64,000 bases of DNA from Malacoraja senta (lineage: Eukaryota): the NCBI GenBank assembly GCA_038087875.1, contig CM075986.1:15190001-15254000 (forward strand), given 5' to 3'. The notes beneath the pieces are model-generated. The model searched no databases, had not been told where the DNA came from, and saw only the letters and a list, made by a program, of their open reading frames with translations. Position numbers and translations under genes: made by a program. This document shows, piece after piece, positions 12,249 to 25,281 of this stretch (the stretch's first letter is position 1; every line of letters begins with the position of its first letter).

Positions 12249-14289
12249 CACTGCAGTGTCTCTCTGCAGTGGTTGTCATGCTGACCGGTGACCTCTGTGA
12301 GTGGTTGGATATATCGGTCAGCATATTTACCCAAATTGGAGCCAGAATATCGCATTAGCATTTGTTGCTTCAACAAGTGTGTAATACTTGAGAAATTCCT
12401 CTTAGTAGTCCTAATCAACACAATACTTGACTATGTAGCATCATGTTCTTGAATAAGAGGTGGACACAAAAGCTATCCACTGTAAAATGAGACAAATATG
12501 TCCTCATTTACTGCAAAGATCATTTTATTAGTTATTCCTATTGGTTTTCCAATATCTATCTTAGGTTTGCAGTAGTTTGCACTGTTGTGCTGCTGCAAGT
12601 AAGAATGTCATTGTTCTATCTGGGCCATGTGGCAATAAAACACTCTTGATTAGTCCGTACAACCACTTTTCCTGCTTTTAGTAATCGCATCAAACCCAGT
12701 CCAGTCAGATGGTTGAGATGTCCATTTATCACTGAAAAACAATTCAAGTTATTTTTGCATGCATGGTACCTTTCTCTACTGCAGCTAGACTCTGGAGATT
12801 TAACCTGACCTTCGATGAGAAGGGTAAATTAAGTAGTCTTGGAAAATTCCAGGAGGTTTTATAATGACATAGTATTGCAATCATATGACTTTTCATTTCT
12901 ATTCTATTTGTAATCCCCAGCGACCTGGTAAATTACACTGAATCATTAATTGACATTTAAAACGTCCAGGAAGCCATGTTGCTTCCACTTGATCAAATTG
13001 GTTCTAAGATTTTTACAAAGTAGACATATATTTAAGCAGAAATAAAAGCACAGGTGCAGCTTCTTTGCTGACCTTCCCCATATGTCCTCTGTATTAAGCT
13101 GGAGACTTGTATTGCACAAAGCAAAATTCATGCTAGTTTTTTAATATGGCAGTTAAGACAACACAGAATGGCCACATCTAATTAAACATTAATGGAGTAT
13201 ATATAATTATGGGTGGGGTGGTACACCATGTCCATTTGGTGGCACTGAAGATATGCCTCACCTGCGCATTGATGTCAATGTATTTTATTGCTGCCACCAA
13301 GACCTCATTCACCATGCTCACATGGTTTTTAATTTATGGCCTTTTTAAAATTAAATTGATCCTACGTTTAACATTATGCTCTCCAGTAGTTTGTCAGAGA
13401 AGTTTTAAAAACATACCATATAAAGTTGGAGGAAGCAATGAACTAAGAAAAAGTTGAAGTCTAAAGGAAAGTGATTTATAACATTGAATCGTGAGATTTG
13501 AAAGAGAGCCAACTATCTGAACACACCTTATCCACATGCAATTATTAACATTGTCATGAGGAGATCAGGATGTGTCGTTGTAGAGAGCACTACAAGTGTC
13601 TGAATAGCAGATATCAAAATGTTTAAAGCTTAACTTAAATAATTGGACAATGTTCTAAAAAAATCCTTTCCTGCTTAAACAGCAGAGGTTCCCACCACAT
13701 TGCAGAACTGTTGATAAAAATATTTTGACATTATCTGGTGTGGGAATTCTAGCACAAAGCACCCATTTTGAATTTAATTGTGATTTAAGTTGTTTAAGTG
13801 TATAAACTTTCCGTAATTTTAAACAGTTACAAGGTATTGTTGATAATTTATTTATTGTGCTAAACGTATCACATTTCTGATGACTCTGCATGCACTTCTC
13901 TAGCTACTTCCATGATAAATGATAAAGCAGTATGGCTTAAAGCATTGAAGAAAGTGTTTTTAAAAGTATTTGTCTAGATTTTTTGTACGTTTTATCTTCC
14001 AAATGAGACATTTCTCCAAAGCTCCATCTGCTCTCTGAGGAAGATGATGTAATAGAGCAAAGAAATTATCCCATAAATGTCATGGTCAATATTTATTTCT
14101 AAATCAGCAATTCTAAAAACAAGTAATCTGCACATTGTCATTTTTCCATTTATGTGATTTGATGGTAAATTAGCTGCCAGATTTTCAATTTTGCAACATT
14201 TCCAAAGTACTTAATTGGTTACTAACCCATTGACTTATTCTGAAAGTGGTATATGGCACAATACAAGTGCACTACATTTATTTCCTTTG

Positions 14290-15070
14290 TTAAGGCACGT
14301 GGGATCCATCTAGGTTTGAAAGATTAGATTCAAATTTATCTTGGCCATATAAAACATGAGTAGTGGCAGAGGGTTGTTATTCTGACTGGTAATCTGTGAC
14401 CAATGTTATTCAGCAGGGATCAGTGCAGGGACATCTGTTGTTTGTGAAATATACAAATGACTTGGATGAAAATGTGGTTGTGTAGTTTAATAAGTTTGCA
14501 AAAAACACGAACCTGGCAAACTTGTGGACAATGCTGAAGGTTGTCAAAGGGTACAGCAGGATATTGATCAGTTAGAAATACAGGTGGGAAAATGGCAGAC
14601 TGAATTTAATCTGCAGAAGAGTGAGATGTTGCATTTTGGGAGGTCAAGTGTAAGAGGAAAGCATACAGCAAATGGCAAGGCCCTTTGGAGCATTGAAGTG
14701 CAGAGGGGTCTAGTGGTGCAAGCCCCTAGCTCCCTGAAAGTGGCCACACAAGTAGGTTGGATGGTAAAGGAGGCATGCAACATACATGCCTTCATAGGTC
14801 AGTATGTTGAGTGGAAAAGTCAGAAGTCATTTTGCAGCTGTATAAAACTTTGGTAGATACACATTCGTTGTTTTATTTGCAGTTCTGATCACAGTATTAC
14901 AGGAAGGATTTGCCTCGATTAAAGAGTATTCGCTGTAAAGATAGGTTGGCAAACATGCAAAGTTTTATCTGGAGCATCGAAGGTCGAGATTTGATGGAAG
15001 CCTAGAAAATTATTAGAGGCATAAATAGGACAGAGTCTTTGTCCCAGGCTAGAAATATCAAATACTAGAG
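14290..15070 (+). mobile_element. Degenerate CR1 LINE RT fragment
   Basis: Decayed NDLDENV..KFA and GCQRVQQDIDQLE..WQTEFN..LHFGRS motifs with stops and frameshifts; boundaries approximate. Confidence 0.85.
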
Positions 15071-15071
15071 G

Positions 15072-17198
15072 TCCATAACCCTCCAAATCTGTCCTATCCA
15101 TGTACCTGTCCAACTGTTTCTTAAACTATGGGATAGTCCCAGCCTCAAATAATCCCTCTGGCATCTTGTTCCATCCACCCACCATCCTCTGTGTGAAAAA
15201 GTTACCCCTACTCTGTGCATCTACCCGTTCTATTCCTCTCATGATTCTGTATACCTCTATAAGATCTCCCCTCATCCACCTGCACTCCATGGAATAGAGA
15301 CCCAGCCTACTCAACCACTCCCTATAGCTCACACCCTCTAGTCCTAGCAACATCCTCGTAAATCTTTTCTGAACCCTTTCAAGCTTGACAATATCTTTCC
15401 TATAACATGGTGCCCAGTACTGAACACAATATTCCAAATGCGATCTCCCCAACGTCTTATACAACTGCAACATATATGTGAGGGCGGCACGACCGACGTT
15501 GCAGTTGTATAAGACGTTGGGGAGATCGCATTCTGCAGTCCGTCTGTCTTTTTTTAAATTTTTTGTCCCATTGAATGGTTTGTTATGGTTTTTATATTGT
15601 TTTTTAGCTGTGTATAGCGGGGGGGGGGGGCGGAGACTTTTAAATCTCTTCCCTGTACGTGTGACCTTTTCCCTGTCGGGTCTCCGTTGTCGTTGGGACC
15701 TAGCACCGTGGAGCGGCCTCCAACCAGAACGACCTGGGGGCTCCAGTCTCGGAGCCTGTGGACTTACCATCGTGGGGCTGGCCGGCTTCAGAGTGTGGAG
15801 AGCTGTGGTGGCGCGCTGCTGTGACCCGACTCCGGAGCTCGGAGGCTCCAGCCGCGGGTCCGGTGGACGGTGACATCGGGAGCTCGCGGGTCCCTGGTGG
15901 GAGACCGCTTTTCGGAGCTCCCGCAACGGCAACTTCTCCCGCCCGAGTTGCGGGGTTGAGGGTGACCCGGAGCGGGGCCTTGCATCGCCCGGCGCGGCCT
16001 TAACGGCCGCGGGACTTGCCATCGCCCGCCAGGGGCTTTAACATCGGGAGAAGAATGGAACAGGGGAGAGACAAGACTTTGCCTTCCATCACAGTGATGT
16101 TTGTGTGTCTTGGTTCTTTTCTTGTTTTTTGCAGAAACCAAATTTTGTTTGAACTTCTTGTTAGGTTCAAATGACAATAAATTTGTATTGTATTGTAATC
16201 TCCCAACTTCTATACTCAATATTCTGTCTGATCAAAGGCCAAAGTGCCAAAAGCCTTTTTGACCACCTTATCTACCTGCGACTCGACCTTCAAGGAACCA
16301 TGCACTTGTACTCTTAGATTCCTCTGCTCTACAACACTACCCAGAGGCCTAACATTTACTGTGTAAGTCCTGCCCTTGTTAGACATCCCAAAATGCAACA
16401 CCTCACACTTAAATTCCATCAACCATTCCTCCGCCCACCTGGCCAATCGATCCAGAACCTGCTGCAATCGTTCACAACCATCTTCACTATCTGCAAAACC
16501 ACTAACTTTTATATCATCAGCAAACTTGCTAATCTTGCCCTGTATGTTTTCATCCAAATCATTGATGTAGATGACAAACAGTAACGGGCCCAACACCAAA
16601 CCGTGTGGCACACCACTAGTCACAGGCCACCATTCTGAGAAGCAACCTCCCATCATCACCCTCTGCTTCCGTCCATGGAGCCAATTTGCTATCCATTCAG
16701 CTATCTCTCCTTGGATCCCATGAGATCTAACCTTCCAGAGCAGCCTACCATTCGGAACCTTTTCAATCTCCCTACTGAAGTCCATCTACACAACATCTAC
16801 AGCTCTGCATTCATCAACATTTTTGCTCACGCCTTCAAAAAAACAATCAGATTTGTGAGACACGACCTCCCACGTACAAAACCATGCTGATTGTCCTTAA
16901 TCAGCCCTTGCCCATCCAAATGCCTGTATATCCTATCCCTCAGAATACTCTCCAGTAACTTACCAACTAGAGATGTTATGCTCACCGGACTATAGTTCCC
17001 AGCATTTTCCCTGCAGCCCTTCTTGAATAGAGGCACAACATTTGCCACCCTCCAATCCTGTGGTACCTCTCCTGTATTTAAGGACGACTCATAAATTTCA
17101 ACCAGAGCTCCCGCAATTTCCTCTCTAGTTTCCCGCAATGTCCTCGGATGTATCTGATCAAGCCCCGGAGATTTGTCTACCTTCAAACACGACAGTAC
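15072..17198 (-). mobile_element. 5'-truncated CR1 LINE (RT region), interrupted at about 15472-16197
   Basis: ORFs 16827..17186 (WRVANVVPLFKKG, QHGFVRGRSCLTNL) and 16216..16785 (YINDLDE, SKFADD); 3' part LQLYKTLGRSHLEYCVQYWAP. Confidence 0.95.
15533..16197 (+). mobile_element. GC/CpG-rich non-autonomous retroposon nested in the CR1
   Basis: Interrupts otherwise contiguous CR1 sequence; ends in AATGACAATAAA plus (TTGTA)3, a LINE-type tail; no recognisable coding capacity. Confidence 0.7.
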
Positions 17199-18352
17199 CT
17201 TCAGTACTTCCTCGATGGTAACCGTGACTGGGCATGGATTTGGGTCATCACCCTAATGTTGCTGTGAACAGCAAACTGTGAGAAAGGACGTATATTTAAG
17301 CAGCCTGAAATGTTCCTGAGGCTAGGAAGATAAAAATTACTGTGATCTTCACTCCCATGGGCACAGCCGTCCAAGCATGCGTATGAGGTCAGATTTGGTA
17401 TCACAGATCTCAGGAAGAATCATCTTGGTGAAGCATAACCAGTGTAGACATAGCTCTCCCAAGAAGTCTAGTTCTAGGTTTAGATCAATGTAAAGTGTGG
17501 GTGTATAAGATCTTGCATGATATGCACTTCAATGTCTCATCTCACCTGTTTGTTGTTAATGCTCATGAGGTGCCTCCATACAGCTGAGCAAGAGGAGGGT
17601 GATGTGTTAACATATCCACTTTTGAAATTAAGTTTGAATTAGAAAACTACCTGAAGATGAAAAGAAGGCTCAGCGATAAGTGTGAACTGTACTGAGAAAG
17701 TAATGAAGCTTCAGTGTTAGGGAACAGCTTGGCAAGAAATGCAATATGATTTTTTTTGTCCATTAAATCACACAATCTCAGTCCAGATTATGTTAGTAAA
17801 ACTGGATTGTTCTGTGAATAACAAGGAATTATCAATTGTCTGTTCAACAGAGCTGAAAACCATTCTGGTATTTAAAGTTAGGCCATGTACTATTGTTGAC
17901 ATCATATGGGGGGAATGAGTTTTATATCAGAATCATGTTTTGAGTATTTCTGAAAATTCTGCCTGAACAACTTGAGCTGTGTGATAAAAGGCTGAGAAAT
18001 AAGCATAAACTTGCTGTAATCTTCCTTTTTAAGCCAAATTTGATCTGCGCAGCATGTCTTTCACTGCTCGGAAAATAAATTCTTTGGCTTAGCTCATTAT
18101 CCTGCTGCTGTGTAGCGGGAATTGCTATGTGCAGAGCTTTCGAGGGGAAATTGCTGTGTGCAAATTGGCTGCTTTTATTTTCCTAAATTAAATCATGAAT
18201 AAACATCACAGAGTGCTTTGTTGGCTGTAAGTGCTTTGGGAGATCCTGAGGATATGAAACTCATATGAAAGTCATTAAATATTTCTTTTTTCCCCGACAA
18301 AGTTGATGCACTTCTCTTAATTGTATCTGGAAGCACAAAAGCGAAGAAGTAA

Positions 18353-18589
<237 letters not shown>

Positions 18590-18952
18590 TAGAACTAACT
18601 AAAGTCAATGTGAAGCAGCTGCGTTGATAACAATGCATAGAAACATAGCAAATCGGTGCAGGAGGAGGCCATTTGGCCCTTTGAGACAGCAGTACCATTC
18701 AATATGATCTTGGCTGATTGCAATGGCAGATTTAAACTGCTACACCATCCTATTATATTTACCGCTGTCTCAGTGTGATACTGACCAATATTACAGATGA
18801 CATTTCTTTTTATTTTCCCTTCAATCCTGTTCCAGTATATCTGTCCTTCCACCAGTTTTGTCTCCTAATTGCAGTGAGGGCTGGTAATATTGCAAATCCA
18901 GGTCCTGTCATTCCAAACAACAATCCAGAATATCTCCATAGAATCGGTAACT

Positions 18953-19530
18953 CATAGAACACAGAACAGTACAGCAGAAGAATGGGCCCTTTGGCCAATA
19001 AAGCCTGTGCCGAACATGATGCCAAGACTAACTCTGCCTGAACATAATCCATATCCCTCCATTCCCTGCATATCCATGTTCCTATCCAATCCTATCTCTT
19101 AAATATCACTATCGTATTTGCCTCAACTACTACCCCCGGCTGTGCACTACAGATACCCACCACCCTCTGCGCAAAAGAAACTTGCTCTGCATAAGCGACT
19201 TTGAGTCCTGAAAAGCGCTATATAAATAAAATCTATTATTATTATTATATCATCTTTAAACTTTCACCTTGAAGCTATGTTCTCTAGTATTTGATATCTC
19301 CAGCCTGGAAAAAGTTCTGACTGTCTCCCCTATCTATGCCTCTTATAATTTAATATACTTCTATCAGGTCTCCCCACTATCTTCCAGAGAAAATAATCCA
19401 AGTCTGTCCAATCTCCCCCTGCAGCAATTACCGCCTAATCCAGGCATCATTCGGGCTGGCCTCCTCTGCACCCTTTTTAACGCCTCCATTTTCTTCCTGT
19501 AATGTGTCGACCAGAACTGCACGCAATACT
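18953..19530 (-). mobile_element. CR1 3' fragment
   Basis: Reverse-complement CR1 tail: CATAGAAC..GGCCC..CCATATCCCTCC..ACCAGAACTGCACGCAATACTC. Confidence 0.8.
19191..19248 (+). mobile_element. L2-type 3' terminal fragment inserted in the CR1 piece
   Basis: AAGCGACTTTGAG..GAAAAGCGCTATATAAATAAAAT plus (TAT)n, the typical fish L2/SINE 3' end. Confidence 0.65.
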
Positions 19531-19557
19531 CGCATTTCAGTTTTGCGATGGAGATGA

Positions 19558-19749
<192 letters not shown>

Positions 19750-20989
19750 TAGATTTGAATTCAACATTGAGGTATAGACTGTTCCTGTGCCACAAATTTA
19801 TGTTCCTTTGTTTTATTGATGTTTTTTTTTAAATCATATATCTTTTCCATGTGGTCATGATAATACACCTTAAACTTGTGTTCTGGTTTGGAAATTATTT
19901 TATGACTGAAACAAAACAATGCAAAAAAAAGTCATACAAAATGTACTCTTGTGTTTGTTATTCTCAGAACTTAATTGTAAATAAGTGACAGCAATAATTT
20001 AGTAAGTCTAGAAGGCAGAGGTTTCTGTTTATATGTGCTTTATTTATGTCACGTCAGAAGTAATTCTTGCTAGGAATGGCAGAAAGGCTCCATAACATAA
20101 TCCTATTTTGCTCGATCAGCCTTACCTGCCTACCTTCATTATCAGGACACCCAGTTTGATAGGTCTCCAGTGTCAACTGAATATAATATAGGGCATCTGG
20201 TTCATCAACATTTCAAAGAAATCTCTCCTAAACTACCTAGCATTATAATTTGGAGTCTTCCTGTAGCTATGTACCATTTAGGCAATTCTTTCTCATATTT
20301 GAAAAGTCTCTGGTGGTGGTTACAATCAGTATTTTATGCCAGAGTTATATTTCACTTTCTATTTTTATCCTGGCCACCAAGGACAAATTTCAAAACACAC
20401 AATGAGCTTTCCAAAAATCTAGACCTACATTTCACCTGCCAAAAGCTGAGTAATATTTTTAAAAACTTGCATCAAGATAATGAAACAAGTATCTTGACAT
20501 TAAGTTAATACATTTTATTTTTTATCTTTAGACTAAGCAGCATGGTTCAAAAGAGTACAATTTACTTTATGTTAACAAAATCATAAAGACACAAAGATCT
20601 TAAATGGGCAGTAATGTTGTATAATTTAAAAAACGTTTCTTTTCAAGAGGGCATACAAGAACACATTTTTGTATTTGGTCCTGATGTTGAGATTTTCTTG
20701 TGTATCGAGCAACAATGCGCTCTTTAAGTAGCAGTGCCTGAAATAGACACATTGAATCACATTCAAAGTCTTCATGTCTGTCATTCAATTACATCATGTA
20801 TGATTTGATGAGTTAAAAGTTATAAAGTGTAAATCTGTTCATTTAAAATCAACAGCAATGTAACTATTAACAGTGCATGTTTCAAATAGCATGCAATTTT
20901 ACCTCTATTTGCAATTCAGTTCTTTTATAATGTCACCTGCCTCAAGATTTTGAAACTTTGTCTCCCCATTTCCAGAGTAGTCCTTGACA

Positions 20990-22080
20990 GAAAGCAGCCT
21001 TTCACTATCGACTTTGTTAAGTCCTTTGAAACCTTCCATACTTAAATTAGATCTCTTCTCATTTTGCTAAACTACAACATATTGACCATACTTACTTGGC
21101 CTATTCTTGTCATCATCCTATAAATCAATCTTGTGATCCTTCATTGAACTTCCTCCAGTGCAAGTATAATCATACCTTAAAAAAGGGGACCAAAATCATA
21201 CACACTCACTTCAGTGCGGTTTCACAGGTGCACGTATTTAGCAAGGTTTTCATATATTTATACTCCATTGACTTTTTATTAAAGGCCCACATTTCTCTTT
21301 CCTTCCTAATTACTTGTTCGTATATGATAACTTTCTCTGTTAATGCATGTTGACATCCAGATTATTCTGCTCCACTGTTCTATAGTCTCTCCCCAGTTAA
21401 TCAATATTCTTTTCTATTTTTGCCACCGAATTCATATTTCCCAATATTGTTCTCCATCAGCCAATATTTTGCCAATTTGCTTAATATTCCTTGCAGATTT
21501 TCTGTACTCCATCACAAATTGCATTTCTACTTATTGTTGTATAGTCAGCAAATTTGGCTAAATGACACATTATCTTTCTTCTTAGTTTCTCCCTCCACTA
21601 TCCATGCCAAAATATTTATCCAAATGAGCACTTTCCCAATATATAAAGTTACATTTTTTATACAGCACTTTGTCAAATGCCTTCTGAAATTCCAAATATA
21701 TTATATCTATTGCTTCTACTGCACAATCCCAAAAGAGCCTTAATAAGTTTGTCAGACACAGTTCCCTTTCATAAAGTCATGTTAACACTGTTAATTGTAT
21801 GGTGACTTTCTAAATGCCTTGCTGCTATTTCCTCAATAATGGACTCTAACCATTTCTCAGTGGCAACTATCAGGGTCCCACAAAGGATTGTATCTTGTCC
21901 CGTCGTATCTTGAACAGAGGTGTTACATTTGCAGTTTTTAAACCACAGAGCTCTGTCCAGGAGAAATTAGGAAGATCACAACCAAAGCATCCATGTTCCC
22001 TTCAGCCAAATCTTGTGAGAATTTAAGGTGCAGGCCTTCAGCTCCATTTGTCAGTCATTTGTTTCCCAAACACCTTTTCT
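20990..22080 (-). mobile_element. Ancient CR1 RT remnant
   Basis: Reverse-strand decayed motifs TCAGCAAATTT (KFAD), TCAAATGCCTTCTGAAATTCC (FQKAFD) and GGTGTTACATTTGCAG (ANVTP); boundaries approximate. Confidence 0.6.
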
Positions 22081-22416
22081 GTGATGAATATGTTTGAACT
22101 TCAACCTCACGTTTGCTACTGTATTTTCTGGTTGGGAAGGATACTTTTAATGTCTTTTATTCAAAATACGTAATCAAATTGCATACAAAGATATCAAAGC
22201 AGAAAATCGCATTATTAATTCCCCTGATCCATTCCCTAAGTGACTAATGTTAGTTTTGCTAGCTTCTTCTTTTTAGATATAGTTATTTAGCTTTTGCTGT
22301 GTGTTTTTACATTCCTTGGTAACTTACTTTCATCAGCTATTTTTTCCATTACTAATATTTTTATGTCAACATTTGTTTTGTTTTTTTCATTTCCAACCTT
22401 CAGAGAGAGTGAGTAA

Positions 22417-23090
22417 AGGGCCTGTCCCACGTACGTGTCCTTGGCATGCAAATTAAGCGACCTTGTGGTCACGTTGAGGGCACGGGCATCGTATGGCCGC
22501 GCTGGGCCGGTCCCACTTAGAAGCGCGGAGGGGTATGTAGTTGTGCGCGACATCGAAGCGGGGCTCCGAAATTTTTGTAGTGAACGAAATCTTCGCGCGC
22601 CAACGGCCTGTTGCGGAACTGACGGCCAAAGTGGGACAGGCCCAAGACCCTGGCGCGACGCAACGTCTCACCTTCAACAGCAGTAGAAGCAGGCAAACGA
22701 TCACCGAACTCGGCCTGGGGCTCACGGCCGTTGCGGTCCGGATCCGCCCCCACTTCTACTCCCAGAGCAGGGCCAAGAAAATTGAAGATGGACACAAAAT
22801 GCAGGAGTAACTCAGCGGGACCGGCAGCATCTCTGGAGAGAAGCAATGGGTGACGTTTCAGACTGAAGAAGCGTCTCGACACGAACGTCATCCATTGCTT
22901 TTCTCCAGAGATGCTGCTGGTCCCGCTGAGTTACTCCAGCTTGGTGTCCATCTTCAAATGACGTCACGCGCTCCAGACGGCTGTGCGTACGCATGTAATC
23001 GCGCCCGGCCTTCGCGGGACTATCGCGGCTCAACGCGACCACGAGGTTGCGTAATTTGCGTGCCAAGGACACATAAGTGGGACAGGCCCT
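22417..23090. mobile_element. MITE, CTGTCCCAC-terminus family B (PIF/Harbinger-like), 674 bp, CpG-rich
   Basis: Imperfect TIRs of about 60 bp, AGGGCCTGTCCCAC...GTGGGACAGGCCCT; flanks TAA and TTA; internal palindrome at 22782-22957. Confidence 0.85.
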
Positions 23091-24066
23091 TTAAGGTTCA
23101 CCAAATTGATGACAGGGCTGTGGTCTGGCGAGAGATTAGATCATTATTACTCATGAGAGTTCAGCAGAAGGAGAGAGAATCCTTGCATGGAGAAACCGAC
23201 TGCATTTGAGGGGGCAGGGGAGGGGTGAGAATGGTTGTCCTGGCTCAGGGAGTAGGGGGTGGGTTGGGAGTGGGGATGGGATGGCTTATCCCACTCAGCT
23301 TCAGGATGTAGGGTATGGCATTTAGGGTGAAAATGATGAGAAATGTCTTCACTCAGAGCTCATTGAATATATTTAAGAAGGTAGTAAACACATTGGGAAT
23401 GGATGAGACGTGAGGATATGGCATTTAGTTATAGATCATCCATGATTATATCAAGATAATAGTTTCAGACCCACGTTTCTCATTTGCAAACTGGTAATGA
23501 AGTTTTATCATGTTACGATCAGTCTGCCCTAGAGGATCCTTCACTACGAGATCACTCATTAATTCTGTCTCATTACCAGTGAATATGTCTAAAAAAGACT
23601 GTACAATGATTAGTTCCACAGCTTAATATTCTAAGAAACTACACTCTACAATTACATGCTCAAGGCCATCTTTGCCAATTCGATTTTGATGTGAAGCTTA
23701 AAGGTATCCATTTCACTGCAGTATCTTCCCTTTAAGCCCCCATTCTTTAATAGTTTCTTAAATCTCCCCAATCTTTTGACTGAGGACTAATATTCAAAAT
23801 ATTAAACGTCTGACTTTCTTTTTTACCGCATTCTTAATGTCCTTAGTCAACCTCTGATGGATATTTCTTCTCAAAGTTTCATTAATTCTCACTTGATTGA
23901 TAATTATGAAATGTCCCCTTAAATATCTGCCACTGCTCATCAACCATTTGATCTTTCATTTTTATTTACAGTGTTAGTACTATTTTGGGTCTTATAAATT
24001 GCTGCTAATTGTGACTTATCTCTGCCCGTGGATTTTGTATTTTGATCTTCTGAGCTAAAATCATAA

Positions 24067-24109
24067 CTCATCATTGTATTGATCTCATCATTGTATTGAT
24101 CTCATCATT
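24067..24109. repeat. 17-bp tandem repeat, about 2.5 copies (CTCATCATTGTATTGAT)
   Basis: Directly visible. Confidence 0.85.
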
Positions 24110-25281
24110 TATTAATCGAGCCATTCCATCTCCTTTTCCTTTTTCCATATTCTTCCAAAGAGTCCGTATCCTGGAATATATAGTTCCCAGCCTTTATCAC
24201 CTTGCAGCCGAGCCTTGTTATTGTACTTGGTCATATGGATGTGTTCCTTTTCGTACTATCAATTCATCCAACGTTTTGCAAATGTGTACATTACAATAGC
24301 GATGTTGTAAATTTGTTTTTAAAATCAATTTTATTATATTGCAATTATTTTTGCAAATGCATCCATATAGTTCTATCCTTTATTGCTTGTTACACTCTGG
24401 TTATCATCGCCAATTTTAGTGCCGTGCCTTGTCCTTTCTCTTTAACCTTCAGAATTTCCCTCACCTGAACCCTGCCTGTACCAGTTGGTTTTTTTAAAGC
24501 ATACTTTATGCTTTATTTAGTGTGATTTTTTCAATGTCCTTTATGTATGTAAATCATTGCAACCCCTGATCTACCTGCATAATTTCAAAATGCCATTATG
24601 CATTTTTGAGGGTTATTGCTGCTATGTTGCAGTATAATTTCCAACTTAGATAGATGACCATTGCTACTCAGTTTTCTATTTGTTTTGCTTTCTACTGAAT
24701 CTATTCAATTAAGCATGCTGTGTTGTGCACATTATCTAGCCCGATGCTAGAAAAATATGTAAATTTCAAAATCTTCGCTTAAGAGAGGAGATTCGTGGCA
24801 CTGCAGTGGTTTCTCCCTATTGGCACAAGGCACGGAGAAAGATGACAACAACAACCTCCAACCCTAGCCAGTTTATAACTCGGCCAAATTTTGCAAAATA
24901 CATGAAAATATTTCTGTTAAATAACATTGAATTAATTAGCTTGCAAGGAGTAAAAAGCTCAGATTTAAAAATCTGTACTAAAATAATATTGCATTTGATT
25001 TTTTTTTAAACTTGAGACCTACATGTAAGAAGTTAAGTTTGTGCAATCAAGTTTTTGGATGTGATAAACCTAATCCGAGGCAAAACATTTAATACAAAAT
25101 CATTCTTAACATTTTGAGAGTTTTGAATTCTTCACTATCAACAATAAAAGTGCGCACCTTAAAACCTCCCATCATCTAATATATTTATATAGCAGCTTTA
25201 ACAATGTAAGCTATCCTGGTTCACAGGATCATTCTTCATCTCTTTACCACATTGAGGGCACTGTCTAACATTTACAAAATA

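Noticed and set aside
15126-16022. 298-aa minus-strand ORF as a novel gene
   Set aside because: It is a chance fusion of the antisense of a GC-rich insert, the fold-back duplication and the CR1 ORF2 C-terminus, with a non-ATG start
22287-23209. Several ORFs on both strands
   Set aside because: Stop-poor GC-rich MITE and palindrome sequence
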